Source of the DNA: a virus
DNA: 64,000 bases
Strand: one strand, 5' to 3'
IMG/VR virus record: IMGVR_UViG_3300046806_000356
Location: 1-64,000 of that record
A program made the position numbers and the translations under genes. The notes under the pieces are model-generated. The model was not told the origin of the DNA. It did no database searches and was given only the letters and a program-made list of their open reading frames with translations. Numbering within the stretch: position 1 is the stretch's first letter; the number at the start of each line of letters is the position of its first letter. Below, piece after piece: positions 56,197 through 64,000 of the stretch.

Positions 56197-57014
56197 ATAG
56201 GATTATTTGCTCAGATGCGCTCACTGCCTTAAAGGAAATTGAAAGTAGTAGTGTAGATATTGTGCTTACATCTCCCCCATATAATTTTGATATGGATTAT
56301 GATAAGCACAATGATAAGGACGATGCTCACAAGTATATTGATACTCTTGTAACTATTTTTGGTGAGTGTATACGCACTCTTAAAGATGGAGGAAGACTTA
56401 TTATCAATATTCAACCAAATTACAAAGATTATTTCCCATCACATCATTATATTACCACTGCAATGATAGAAAGTGGTTTAATCTGGCGTGGTGAAATTCT
56501 TTGGTTGAAGAATAATTTGAGTAAATTAACTGCATGGGGTAGTTGGAAATCACCATCGTGTCCATATTTGTCTTATCCATTCGAATTTATTGAAGTGTTC
56601 AGTAAAGCATCACTTAAACATGTTGGTAATAAAGAAGATATCGATATTACCAAAGAAGAATTCATCAAATATGTGAATGGACATTGGAGTATTGCACCAG
56701 AAACAAGAATGAAAGAATTTGATCATCCAGCTATGTTTCCAGAAGAATTGGTACGTCGTTGCCTTAAATTGTTTTCATACAAAAATGATGTGATTCTTGA
56801 TCCTTTTAATGGTGCTGGAACAACTACTTTAGTGGCACACGAACTGGGTAGGCAATATATTGGTATTGATATTAGTGAAGCATATTGTGAAATAGCAAAA
56901 AATCGCATACTAAAATACAATCCTCTTGATAATTTCTTCTCCGACTGTACCACTTCCCGAACTGGCACACAGGGCACTCCAGACCCCTCTGAGTGCCCTA
57001 TAATAGTCTCATAA
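56193..57014 (+). CDS. DNA methyltransferase (N4-C/N6-A, beta class)
   Basis: TSPPY, HPAMFP, DPFNGAGTT, IGIDI. Confidence 0.92.
   Translation: MNRIICSDALTALKEIESSSVDIVLTSPPYNFDMDYDKHNDKDDAHKYIDTLVTIFGECIRTLKDGGRLIINIQPNYKDYFPSHHYITTAMIESGLIWRGEILWLKNNLSKLTAWGSWKSPSCPYLSYPFEFIEVFSKASLKHVGNKEDIDITKEEFIKYVNGHWSIAPETRMKEFDHPAMFPEELVRRCLKLFSYKNDVILDPFNGAGTTTLVAHELGRQYIGIDISEAYCEIAKNRILKYNPLDNFFSDCTTSRTGTQGTPDPSECPIIVS
56947..57004 (+). promoter_or_regulatory. Repeated ACTGGCACA/TATAAT promoter element
   Basis: GTACCACT-TCCCGA-ACTGGCACA-29-TATAAT; hairpin AGGGCACTC/GAGTGCCCT. Confidence 0.8.
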
Positions 57015-57025
57015 GCAAAACACCC

Positions 57026-57472
57026 ATGACTGCCACCTTTGCCGACTACGTTGCCCAGCAAGACGCAAGGAACACCATCCAGTTGAACGTTACCAAGTGG
57101 TGTTACCTGTTGATTGATGCACTCAAACAGAATTACACTGATTATGCCATTCGTGGACATCAACGTAGTATTGCAATTCATGGTACTCAAGTTGATTATC
57201 ATCAACAGAGGATTGATGAACTGAAGTCTGGTGATTGTTCGATTGATTACACTATCGAATCTGGTAAAAAGTATCACAAAATCATTCTGATTGATGGTGG
57301 TGGTTCACGTTCTGTTCATGCCTTTGTGGACAAGAAGACTGGTGAGGTTTACAAGTCTGCTTCTTGGAAGTCTCCTGCAAAAGGTGTTCGTTATGATCTT
57401 CGTTTGATTGAAGAACGTGAATGGTTGCTGGAGAATGCAGACTGGGCAGGTGGTTACCTCTACGCAAAATGA
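57026..57472 (+). CDS. Phage hypothetical protein
   Basis: GKKYHKI...SVHAFVDKKTGEVYK.ASWK.PAK.VRY...DWAGGYLY. Confidence 0.7.
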   Translation: MTATFADYVAQQDARNTIQLNVTKWCYLLIDALKQNYTDYAIRGHQRSIAIHGTQVDYHQQRIDELKSGDCSIDYTIESGKKYHKIILIDGGGSRSVHAFVDKKTGEVYKSASWKSPAKGVRYDLRLIEEREWLLENADWAGGYLYAK

Positions 57473-57533
57473 ATATGACAACGACTGACAAACTTATTTT
57501 CATCTCATCCTTCGTTTGGTTTCTTCATTGGTC

Positions 57534-58013
57534 ATGCAGTCTATCATTGAAATTAGTGGATATGGTTATCACAAACGGGTCTGTGAGAGTGTTACCACTT
57601 GGTTTTTGAATGAGTTCTTTCCACGGCATAAACTCTACGTTGAGATTGTGCATCGTGGTCTGAAACGTGATTGTGCCTATGGTTATTGTGACTATACCGG
57701 TGAGGCATATCGTCCTCGTGAGTTTCTGGTTGAATTGGATACTTACATGAATCAAGAGTTGTATATTAAGACACTTCTTCATGAACTGGTACACCTGCAA
57801 CAGTGGGTGACTGGAACTCTTCGTGCCAAACGTGGTAAAAGGTATTATAATTCCATTAATGTGGAGGATATTGAGTATTGGGATCAACCACATGAAATAG
57901 AGGCACGGGGACAGGAAGAAATACTATATCAACAGTATCTGAATGCAATGAACCCTGTGCCAGTACGACAAGTGGCACACTACTTCCCCAATCGACTGCT
58001 GAATGCAGTATAA
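57534..58013 (+). CDS. Zinc metallopeptidase-like protein (HEXXH)
   Basis: TLLHELVHLQQW...PHEIEA. Confidence 0.75.
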   Translation: MQSIIEISGYGYHKRVCESVTTWFLNEFFPRHKLYVEIVHRGLKRDCAYGYCDYTGEAYRPREFLVELDTYMNQELYIKTLLHELVHLQQWVTGTLRAKRGKRYYNSINVEDIEYWDQPHEIEARGQEEILYQQYLNAMNPVPVRQVAHYFPNRLLNAV

Positions 58014-58014
58014 T
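57957..58014 (+). promoter_or_regulatory. Repeated palindrome/TATAAT promoter element (most symmetric copy)
   Basis: TGTGCCAGT-ACGACA-AGTGGCACA-29-TATAAT. Confidence 0.8.
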
Positions 58015-58037
58015 TACAAGGTAATCAAGAGAACACC

Positions 58038-58286
58038 ATGAAACTCGAATGCTACACCACCGGTAACGTTGTCGATTACTATCCAGTCAAGTTTGTGGAT
58101 GGTACTATCTTGACCGAATGGTTTTTGAGGATTGTATCATTCGAGGGTACTGAAACTACATCAAAGAAGTTTCTTCGTAAGAAGGATGCGTTTGATGAGG
58201 TGAATGAACGTATTGCCCATGGCTATAAAGTAATCGACTTTAATCTCATTCCACAGATTGGTAATCCCATTGCAGGTGCTTGCTAA
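58038..58286 (+). CDS. Hypothetical protein
   Basis: ORF after promoter element. Confidence 0.6.
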   Translation: MKLECYTTGNVVDYYPVKFVDGTILTEWFLRIVSFEGTETTSKKFLRKKDAFDEVNERIAHGYKVIDFNLIPQIGNPIAGAC

Positions 58287-58456
58287 ATGACTACAATTCA
58301 TCGTTTTAATAATCTCTTTGATGCCGTGAGGTTCTTGACTGATACATTTCAGATGACGAATCAAGAAGCAACTCATTTTGTCTGGGATCATCAATCTACG
58401 ATTGGAACTGATCGTGGAGTTTGGATTGACGTAAAATCACTGACTGGACTGGTAAA

Positions 58457-58645
58457 ATGAACAACAACACAACTTGGTTTCAAATTTTTGTAGTTCTTGG
58501 TGCTGGTATTATTCTTCTTGTGCTTGCTGCTGGTCTTCTTTCTGTTACTAATCCAAGAATTGAGGCAAAATGTCAAGCAGCAGGAGGACAAGTTCTTGCT
58601 CGTCCTGGTAATGTTAGTTCCTGCCTTTATCCTATAAACAAATGA
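58457..58645 (+). CDS. Small membrane protein
   Basis: TM segment, C...GG...C. Confidence 0.55.
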   Translation: MNNNTTWFQIFVVLGAGIILLVLAAGLLSVTNPRIEAKCQAAGGQVLARPGNVSSCLYPINK

Positions 58646-58845
58646 CTGAAACACAAATGAATCTGAATGTCCATGAGGTGGGCATTCTCCTCTCTGCACT
58701 TCAAACGTTGAGTGTGAGTGATGAGAGAGTGATTGCCAGAGACTATGGAAGTGCTCCGGCATTGTATAATAAACTTTACAGTTTGTATGAGCAGATGGAT
58801 AGGTCAAAGGTTGAATTACGTTATGAGTTAACACCATCATTTTGA
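58642..58845 (+). CDS. Hypothetical protein
   Basis: Coupled ORF. Confidence 0.55.
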   Translation: MTETQMNLNVHEVGILLSALQTLSVSDERVIARDYGSAPALYNKLYSLYEQMDRSKVELRYELTPSF

Positions 58846-58848
58846 ATC

Positions 58849-59064
58849 ATGGATTCAAAGGCACGAATTCTTTCCAGCATTACAATTGTTTTTGCATTCT
58901 ACATCACTCTTTATCATGATACATCGGTGGGTGCAAGATTGTATATGATTGGAAATCTTCTGGCACTTCCTTATATGATTCGCAATAAGTGTTGGGATGT
59001 AGTTGCTTTACTTACATTTTTGATTATTATGGGGTTACCAAAAGTTATCGGAGCAACGACATGA
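58849..59064 (+). CDS. Small multi-pass membrane protein
   Basis: Hydrophobic; LPY.I..K.WDVV. Confidence 0.6.
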   Translation: MDSKARILSSITIVFAFYITLYHDTSVGARLYMIGNLLALPYMIRNKCWDVVALLTFLIIMGLPKVIGATT

Positions 59065-59264
59065 ATAACAAAGACCTTCAATCATTTATCACAGCATTTG
59101 ACGATTTTATGAAACACTTTGATGCCGAAGAACTTTACTACGAAGGTCGTATGGTTTATGAGAATCACCGTGCCGAAGCACGACGTATTCAAGAACAAGA
59201 GATTGAATCAAAGGCTGCAGAACTGGAAGTGACCTGTGACTATTATATGATGGAGTTTATGTAA
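59061..59264 (+). CDS. Hypothetical protein
   Basis: E.KAAELEVT.DYYM.EF. Confidence 0.6.
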   Translation: MNNKDLQSFITAFDDFMKHFDAEELYYEGRMVYENHRAEARRIQEQEIESKAAELEVTCDYYMMEFM

Positions 59265-59479
59265 TGAATCTTTATATCATCAACCAAATTCTGCACGATT
59301 ACACTTCTGGTATGGTAGTCATTGCCGCCGAATCTAAAGAACAATGTCGTGAATTGTTTATTGAAAAGTTTGTTAACTATGGTGCCGAAGATTTCGATCA
59401 TGAATGTACCGAGTTCACTGTGATTGAAGGTGTGAATCATCCTGCTGGTATTGTTGACTATGTGTATGGTGGAGAATGA
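59264..59479 (+). CDS. Hypothetical protein
   Basis: L.DYTSGM.VIAAES...YVYGG. Confidence 0.6.
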   Translation: MNLYIINQILHDYTSGMVVIAAESKEQCRELFIEKFVNYGAEDFDHECTEFTVIEGVNHPAGIVDYVYGGE

Positions 59480-59607
59480 ATCAAACAACTAAACTACTGT
59501 TCGCACTTATGCAAATAGAAGGTATCACTAAACTGATGAAAGACAATGAGTCTGAGCATTACCTTAACACCTTTCTAACACCTGTCAATGCAGAACTTAA
59601 CCGACAG

Positions 59608-59636
59608 TTGACAAATCTCACACAATCATCTAAAAT
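59608..59636 (+). promoter_or_regulatory. sigma70-type promoter
   Basis: TTGACA-17-TAAAAT. Confidence 0.65.
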
Positions 59637-59659
59637 TAAGGAGTAATTAAGCACAAGAA

Positions 59660-59890
59660 ATGAAATCACTTTATATTGTTGACTACTGGGTGCCATTTCC
59701 ATCTTCCGAGTATGGTGGTCTAATCAATCTGATTGCCGAGAATGATACGGAAGCATTTGCCATTCTATCACAGGAAAACATCTTTGATGAAAGTTATGTT
59801 GATCGCATTATGCCCAATGTAGTCAGTGCTCAGAAGTTTGCTCTTGTTGATGAGTATGAGTCTGGCATTATTGATTCTTTCACAACGTAA
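59660..59890 (+). CDS. Cyanophage hypothetical protein
   Basis: YIVDYWVPFPSSEYGG. Confidence 0.65.
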   Translation: MKSLYIVDYWVPFPSSEYGGLINLIAENDTEAFAILSQENIFDESYVDRIMPNVVSAQKFALVDEYESGIIDSFTT

Positions 59891-60049
59891 TTCAAATGGA
59901 AGCACTTTATCGTATTGAAGAGTTCACTACCACAGGATGGGAACTAATTGATGAGAAGGAGGTTCGATTGACAAAAGAAGTTTGCTCTCAACATATTCAA
60001 ACTTACATAAATGAGGGTGTGAACCCAAATCTTTTAAGAGTTGTTGTCG

Positions 60050-60328
60050 ATGCTTGAATTTCCACACAAAGCACCAAAGGATTATAGTTATGAATTTGAG
60101 ACTTGGAACACCCGTACTGTTCGCATTATGCTCCGTTGTCATCGGCAATTTGATTATAACCTTGGTGCCAGTACCGCAACTGTATGGGGATTCTACAGTC
60201 CAAAGAAACGAATCTACTATGCACCAATCAATGCCAAGACAATTGGTAAGGAAGTGAATATAGATAATACAACTCCTTATACTGCAATGCCATTAAATAG
60301 AACGTCATTAGAAAAATGTTTTGTATGA
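60050..60328 (+). CDS. Cyanophage hypothetical protein
   Basis: FPHKAP..YSYE...WGFY...TTPYTAM. Confidence 0.65.
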   Translation: MLEFPHKAPKDYSYEFETWNTRTVRIMLRCHRQFDYNLGASTATVWGFYSPKKRIYYAPINAKTIGKEVNIDNTTPYTAMPLNRTSLEKCFV

Positions 60329-60510
60329 CCACATTCTATTCAGGATTGAATGTTAAGTACAGGGATCATATTGGTTTTGTTGATTTTATGTGTGAGAAGT
60401 ATATTACAATCTGTTTAGGACAGTTCGAACATAGATCAAAAGATGTCTGCATATTGATCTATCCATCACAGTGGAAAGAAGTACAACTCCTGAAAGAATC
60501 GGAGAAATGA
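60325..60510 (+). CDS. Hypothetical protein
   Basis: G.V.F.C..YITIC. Confidence 0.55.
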   Translation: MTTFYSGLNVKYRDHIGFVDFMCEKYITICLGQFEHRSKDVCILIYPSQWKEVQLLKESEK

Positions 60511-60743
60511 AACATAAGACAGTGTGGAAATGGTTTGCAATGGCACTGGGAGAGAAAGCATCCAAGTGTGATAGAGAGTCTGATATTGTAGCAAGAATTC
60601 GTGCTGTTATATTTCTCACATACTTAATCACAAACATCTTTATTGTTGCAGGAGTAATTCGACATTGGGACGATAATCAGGAAATAAAACATGAGCAATC
60701 CATACAAGAAAATACTGTTTCCAGTTCACATTTTTCAATGTAA
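60507..60743 (+). CDS. Small membrane protein
   Basis: ALGEKA...D.ESD.VA.IR...IVAGVIRHW. Confidence 0.55.
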   Translation: MKHKTVWKWFAMALGEKASKCDRESDIVARIRAVIFLTYLITNIFIVAGVIRHWDDNQEIKHEQSIQENTVSSSHFSM

Positions 60744-61341
60744 TATTAGGGAGAATCAAATCATTCAAGATGAGATTCTTCCAATAATAGAAGACATTCA
60801 TCAGAAAAAGAAATCACTGATTCCAGATGGATGGGAAACTACAAAATTACACACGTCTTTTAATATCGCCGAAATCAATCAGCAATTGTTTTCTGAGCAA
60901 ACTGCAGCGTGTCAGTATTATATGAAATACATTTCAAAGTTCTTTGATAAACCAAGTCAACTGGAGATTGTAGATATATGGTATAATTATTATGATGATG
61001 GAGAATATCAAGAGATACATGATCATTTGAACAGTAATATCTTTTTAAAGAAATCACATTTCTCTTGTATTCACTATTTGAAGTATGATTCTGATGTTCA
61101 TGTTCCCACAACATTTGTGGATCCAATCGAACAGATTCGATCACACTCTTTGGAGATGGAATCAAATCATTATGGTCCCAAGTATCATCCATATGTGCGT
61201 GAAGGTGATTTAATTATGTTTCCAAGTTATATGCAGCATTTCGTGAGAAAATCAGATCCGACTCCAGATTCACCAAGAATCACTGTCGCATTCAATTTAC
61301 ACGTATCACAATACGGAGAGTATTTTCAAGATGGAACTTAA
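60691..61341 (+). CDS. Putative 2OG-Fe(II) oxygenase
   Basis: WYN.Y...YQE.HDH...FS.IHY...EGDLIMFPSY.QH.V...RITVAFN. Confidence 0.85.
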   Translation: MSNPYKKILFPVHIFQCNIRENQIIQDEILPIIEDIHQKKKSLIPDGWETTKLHTSFNIAEINQQLFSEQTAACQYYMKYISKFFDKPSQLEIVDIWYNYYDDGEYQEIHDHLNSNIFLKKSHFSCIHYLKYDSDVHVPTTFVDPIEQIRSHSLEMESNHYGPKYHPYVREGDLIMFPSYMQHFVRKSDPTPDSPRITVAFNLHVSQYGEYFQDGT

Positions 61342-61813
61342 TTTTATTGATGACTTTCTGATACAGAAAGAACAAGAGATTGTTTTGAATTATTGTGAAT
61401 CCGCACCATATCATTATGGTGAACAGGATGATAAAGATTTGCCAGTCACTGGAATGATTCACAACATTCCTGAGACAGAATTTGTGTATAAACTGTTCAA
61501 GAAACATATTTCAGATAGAATTGAGATCGTTCGGAACATGAAACTGTATCGAATGTATGTCAATTGTTTTGCACCACAGGAAAATCCTTTCTTTCATATT
61601 GATGGCGAGGGTCTGACATTTTTGTATTATCCAAACATGCAATGGCACGTTCAGGAAGGTGGCGAGACTCAATTTTATATTGATGACAACATTTATGGCA
61701 TTATTCCCAAACCAAATCGATTAGTCGGATTTGATGGAACGATATTACATCGTGCCACATCATTTCGCAGTTTACATCGATTCACTGTGGCAATTAAGTA
61801 TTCTCCACAATAA
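61331..61813 (+). CDS. 2OG-Fe(II) oxygenase
   Basis: FHID...TFLYY...GGET...PNRLV.F...HRA...R. Confidence 0.85.
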   Translation: MELNFIDDFLIQKEQEIVLNYCESAPYHYGEQDDKDLPVTGMIHNIPETEFVYKLFKKHISDRIEIVRNMKLYRMYVNCFAPQENPFFHIDGEGLTFLYYPNMQWHVQEGGETQFYIDDNIYGIIPKPNRLVGFDGTILHRATSFRSLHRFTVAIKYSPQ

Positions 61814-61843
61814 ATACAAAAAATAGATACACAAGACTTTAGA

Positions 61844-63049
61844 ATGTCACTTCCAGCATATACTGCAACAACATATTTTAATACTGGTTCAATCAGTGCT
61901 CGTTCATTGCAGACGACATTTGGTGGAAATTCAAATAATGTCAAATTTTCTACTTATCGAAGAGATGCGGATCAAACAAACACAAGTCCGATTGTACCCG
62001 ATGCAACGGAGAATGATGATATTTCAACCGAAAATAATCTTAGTGCCTTAACTTTCCGTGGATCAGTCAAGGAGTTAAGTACATCTCAATCAGGTTCTGA
62101 TACAAATTTGAACATTGGTAGTACTTCAGTCTGGGGATTAAATCTCAACAAAAATATCATTAAGAATTTGAGTATTGGTGGTTTAATCACAGCCTCATCA
62201 AGCGCCACAACCGCGGCATCACTCAGTGGCAGTGCAATTAACTTAAGAATTGATATAAGTGGACAGATTTATGGTCAGTCTGGATCTGGAAATGGTGGTG
62301 GTGCTCTGTATTTGAATAATACGACGACTGTATCCAGTGGAAATGCAAGATTTATCAATGTGAATGTCAATTCAAATGGAAGAATCTGGGCTGCTGGTGG
62401 TGCAGGATCTGCAGGTGAAAGCGGAAACTCTGGTCCAGATCTTGGTTGTTATGCTGACACATACTATAATGTTAATTACTATTTTGGAGATAATCGTGAC
62501 TGGTATCAAAGTCTTGCCGATTCAGCTTGTGCAGCATATATTCCATTAAATTATAGTTCTGGTTATGCTCTTTATGGTAATCCAACCGATACAAGAACAC
62601 GTTGTCGTGGTGGTGGATATCGAAGTGGATCTACTTGGGATTCAAATAATCGATCAGGATATGCATGTGCAACAAATTGGGATCTAAGGTGTATAGCAAG
62701 AGGAAACTTTTTGGTTGCTGGTGGATCAGGTGGTGGAGGAGGAAATGCTGGAGTTGGTAGAGGATTTTCAAACAAAGGATCTTGGAGTTCAAATTATCCT
62801 CTCAATGATGCAGAGTATAATAGTGGTTCGACATCTGGTGGAGGACCTAATCCAGCAGGTGCAAATACGTGTGATGCTAATGGAACATCTTCATATGGTA
62901 ATGCAGGAACAGCAGGAAATCCTGGAGGTGACTGGGGTTCCGATGGTGCTGGTGGAACAAAGGGTGCCGCAATCTCCGGATTACTATATAAGATTGTTTC
63001 TGGTGATATCGGCAGTGGACATTTACAAAGAATCAAGGGATCGAAATAG
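61844..63049 (+). CDS. Gly-rich virion protein (tail adhesin / gp38-like)
   Basis: GSISARSLQTTFGG N-terminus; GGGG/GxxG-rich C-terminal half with Cys-containing insert; TAAATA at 61811. Confidence 0.6.
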   Translation: MSLPAYTATTYFNTGSISARSLQTTFGGNSNNVKFSTYRRDADQTNTSPIVPDATENDDISTENNLSALTFRGSVKELSTSQSGSDTNLNIGSTSVWGLNLNKNIIKNLSIGGLITASSSATTAASLSGSAINLRIDISGQIYGQSGSGNGGGALYLNNTTTVSSGNARFINVNVNSNGRIWAAGGAGSAGESGNSGPDLGCYADTYYNVNYYFGDNRDWYQSLADSACAAYIPLNYSSGYALYGNPTDTRTRCRGGGYRSGSTWDSNNRSGYACATNWDLRCIARGNFLVAGGSGGGGGNAGVGRGFSNKGSWSSNYPLNDAEYNSGSTSGGGPNPAGANTCDANGTSSYGNAGTAGNPGGDWGSDGAGGTKGAAISGLLYKIVSGDIGSGHLQRIKGSK

Positions 63050-63067
63050 TAAGGAGTTTATGCTATA

Positions 63068-63394
63068 ATGAAGTTGTCTCAAGTTGTTTTTCGTTTTATT
63101 GATGAATTCTTTATTCAAGAAGCACAGGGCAAAGAGTTTCATGCCTCTCCCTCATGTCAGAAGGAAAGGTGGGAAATCTGCTCAGGTTGTGAACATTATG
63201 ATGAAGAGGAAAAAGGATGTAAGTATTGTCATTGCTATTTGCCCAATAAAATAGCAGATCCCTGGGGTGATTGTCCATTGGATAAATGGATCTCAAATTC
63301 AGAACAATGGCACGAAGAGCACTATAAATTTATTAAAGAGAAGTTAATCTCAAAGTATCCAGAATTAGAAGAGTATTTGAATGGAAAGGATTGA
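63068..63394 (+). CDS. Cys-rich hypothetical protein
   Basis: RWEICSGC...CKYCHC...CPLDKW. Confidence 0.65.
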   Translation: MKLSQVVFRFIDEFFIQEAQGKEFHASPSCQKERWEICSGCEHYDEEEKGCKYCHCYLPNKIADPWGDCPLDKWISNSEQWHEEHYKFIKEKLISKYPELEEYLNGKD

Positions 63395-63974
63395 ACTCAA
63401 AGGAACATATGAAGATTTCATAGGATCATACTCCTGCATTGCTGATTCAGATTTTTGTAATGAAATCATTCATACATTTGATTATTATCAGAGTATTGAT
63501 TCTGTATATTGTGAGGATCAACAGTTTGATAATTCTAATGCAGGAAGATTCGACTGGGCACTTGATTTAATCAATATGCAACAGTCAATGAAAGGACAAT
63601 CATCTCAACAATTGAATGAGATTCTTAAGTCATGTTTAGAAGAGTATACACAAGTCTTCGGACATATGAAACAGGTGCCTTTATATTCATTGTCACAGAA
63701 GGTACAGAAGACTCCTGCTGGTGGTGGTTATCATGTTTGGCATGATGAGAATAGTGGACTTGATCACTGTTCAAGAGCATTGGTTTGGATGTTATATTTG
63801 AATGATGATTATAAAGGAGGAGAGACTGAGTTCTTGTATTATAAGAAACGTATTCAACCAGAGAAGGCAAAGTTATTGATTTGGCCTGCTGGTATGACTC
63901 ATGCTCATCGTGGAGGATTAGTTTTGGAAGGAACTAAGTATATTGTAACAGGTTGGTTTTATTTGGGAAGATGA
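63381..63974 (+). CDS. 2OG-Fe(II) oxygenase
   Basis: VQKT..GGGYHVWHDE...WMLYLND...GGETEF...THAHRG...KYIVTGW. Confidence 0.9.
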   Translation: MERIELKGTYEDFIGSYSCIADSDFCNEIIHTFDYYQSIDSVYCEDQQFDNSNAGRFDWALDLINMQQSMKGQSSQQLNEILKSCLEEYTQVFGHMKQVPLYSLSQKVQKTPAGGGYHVWHDENSGLDHCSRALVWMLYLNDDYKGGETEFLYYKKRIQPEKAKLLIWPAGMTHAHRGGLVLEGTKYIVTGWFYLGR

Positions 63975-64000
63975 CACAAAATCAAGAAGAGTTTCCATCA

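Overview
64-kb segment of a T4-like cyanophage (Kyanoviridae-type myovirus, probably freshwater). 1-7.4 kb: accessory virion/modification island with two double six-bladed Kelch-like beta-propeller genes flanking a GT4 glycosyltransferase, followed by a prolyl-4-hydroxylase-like 2OG-Fe(II) oxygenase. 7.4-14.3 kb: a candidate sRNA, glutaredoxin, an NtcA box + glutamine (glnA-type) riboswitch + 32-aa peptide, thyX, phoH, exonuclease, gp33, gp59, gp32. 14.3-38.2 kb: baseplate/tail module (gp53, gp48, gp4, gp54-like, gp26/gp51 with a candidate -1 frameshift, split gp5 with an RlpA domain, tail fibres) and three tRNAs, two with atypical variable arms. 38.2-64 kb: hypervariable region of small + strand ORFs punctuated by about 10 copies of a pseudo-palindrome/stem-loop/TATAAT promoter element. 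It includes cpeT, cp12, a restriction-modification pair, antitoxin-like ORFs and more 2OG oxygenases. All calls come from motif recognition by eye; no database searches were run.
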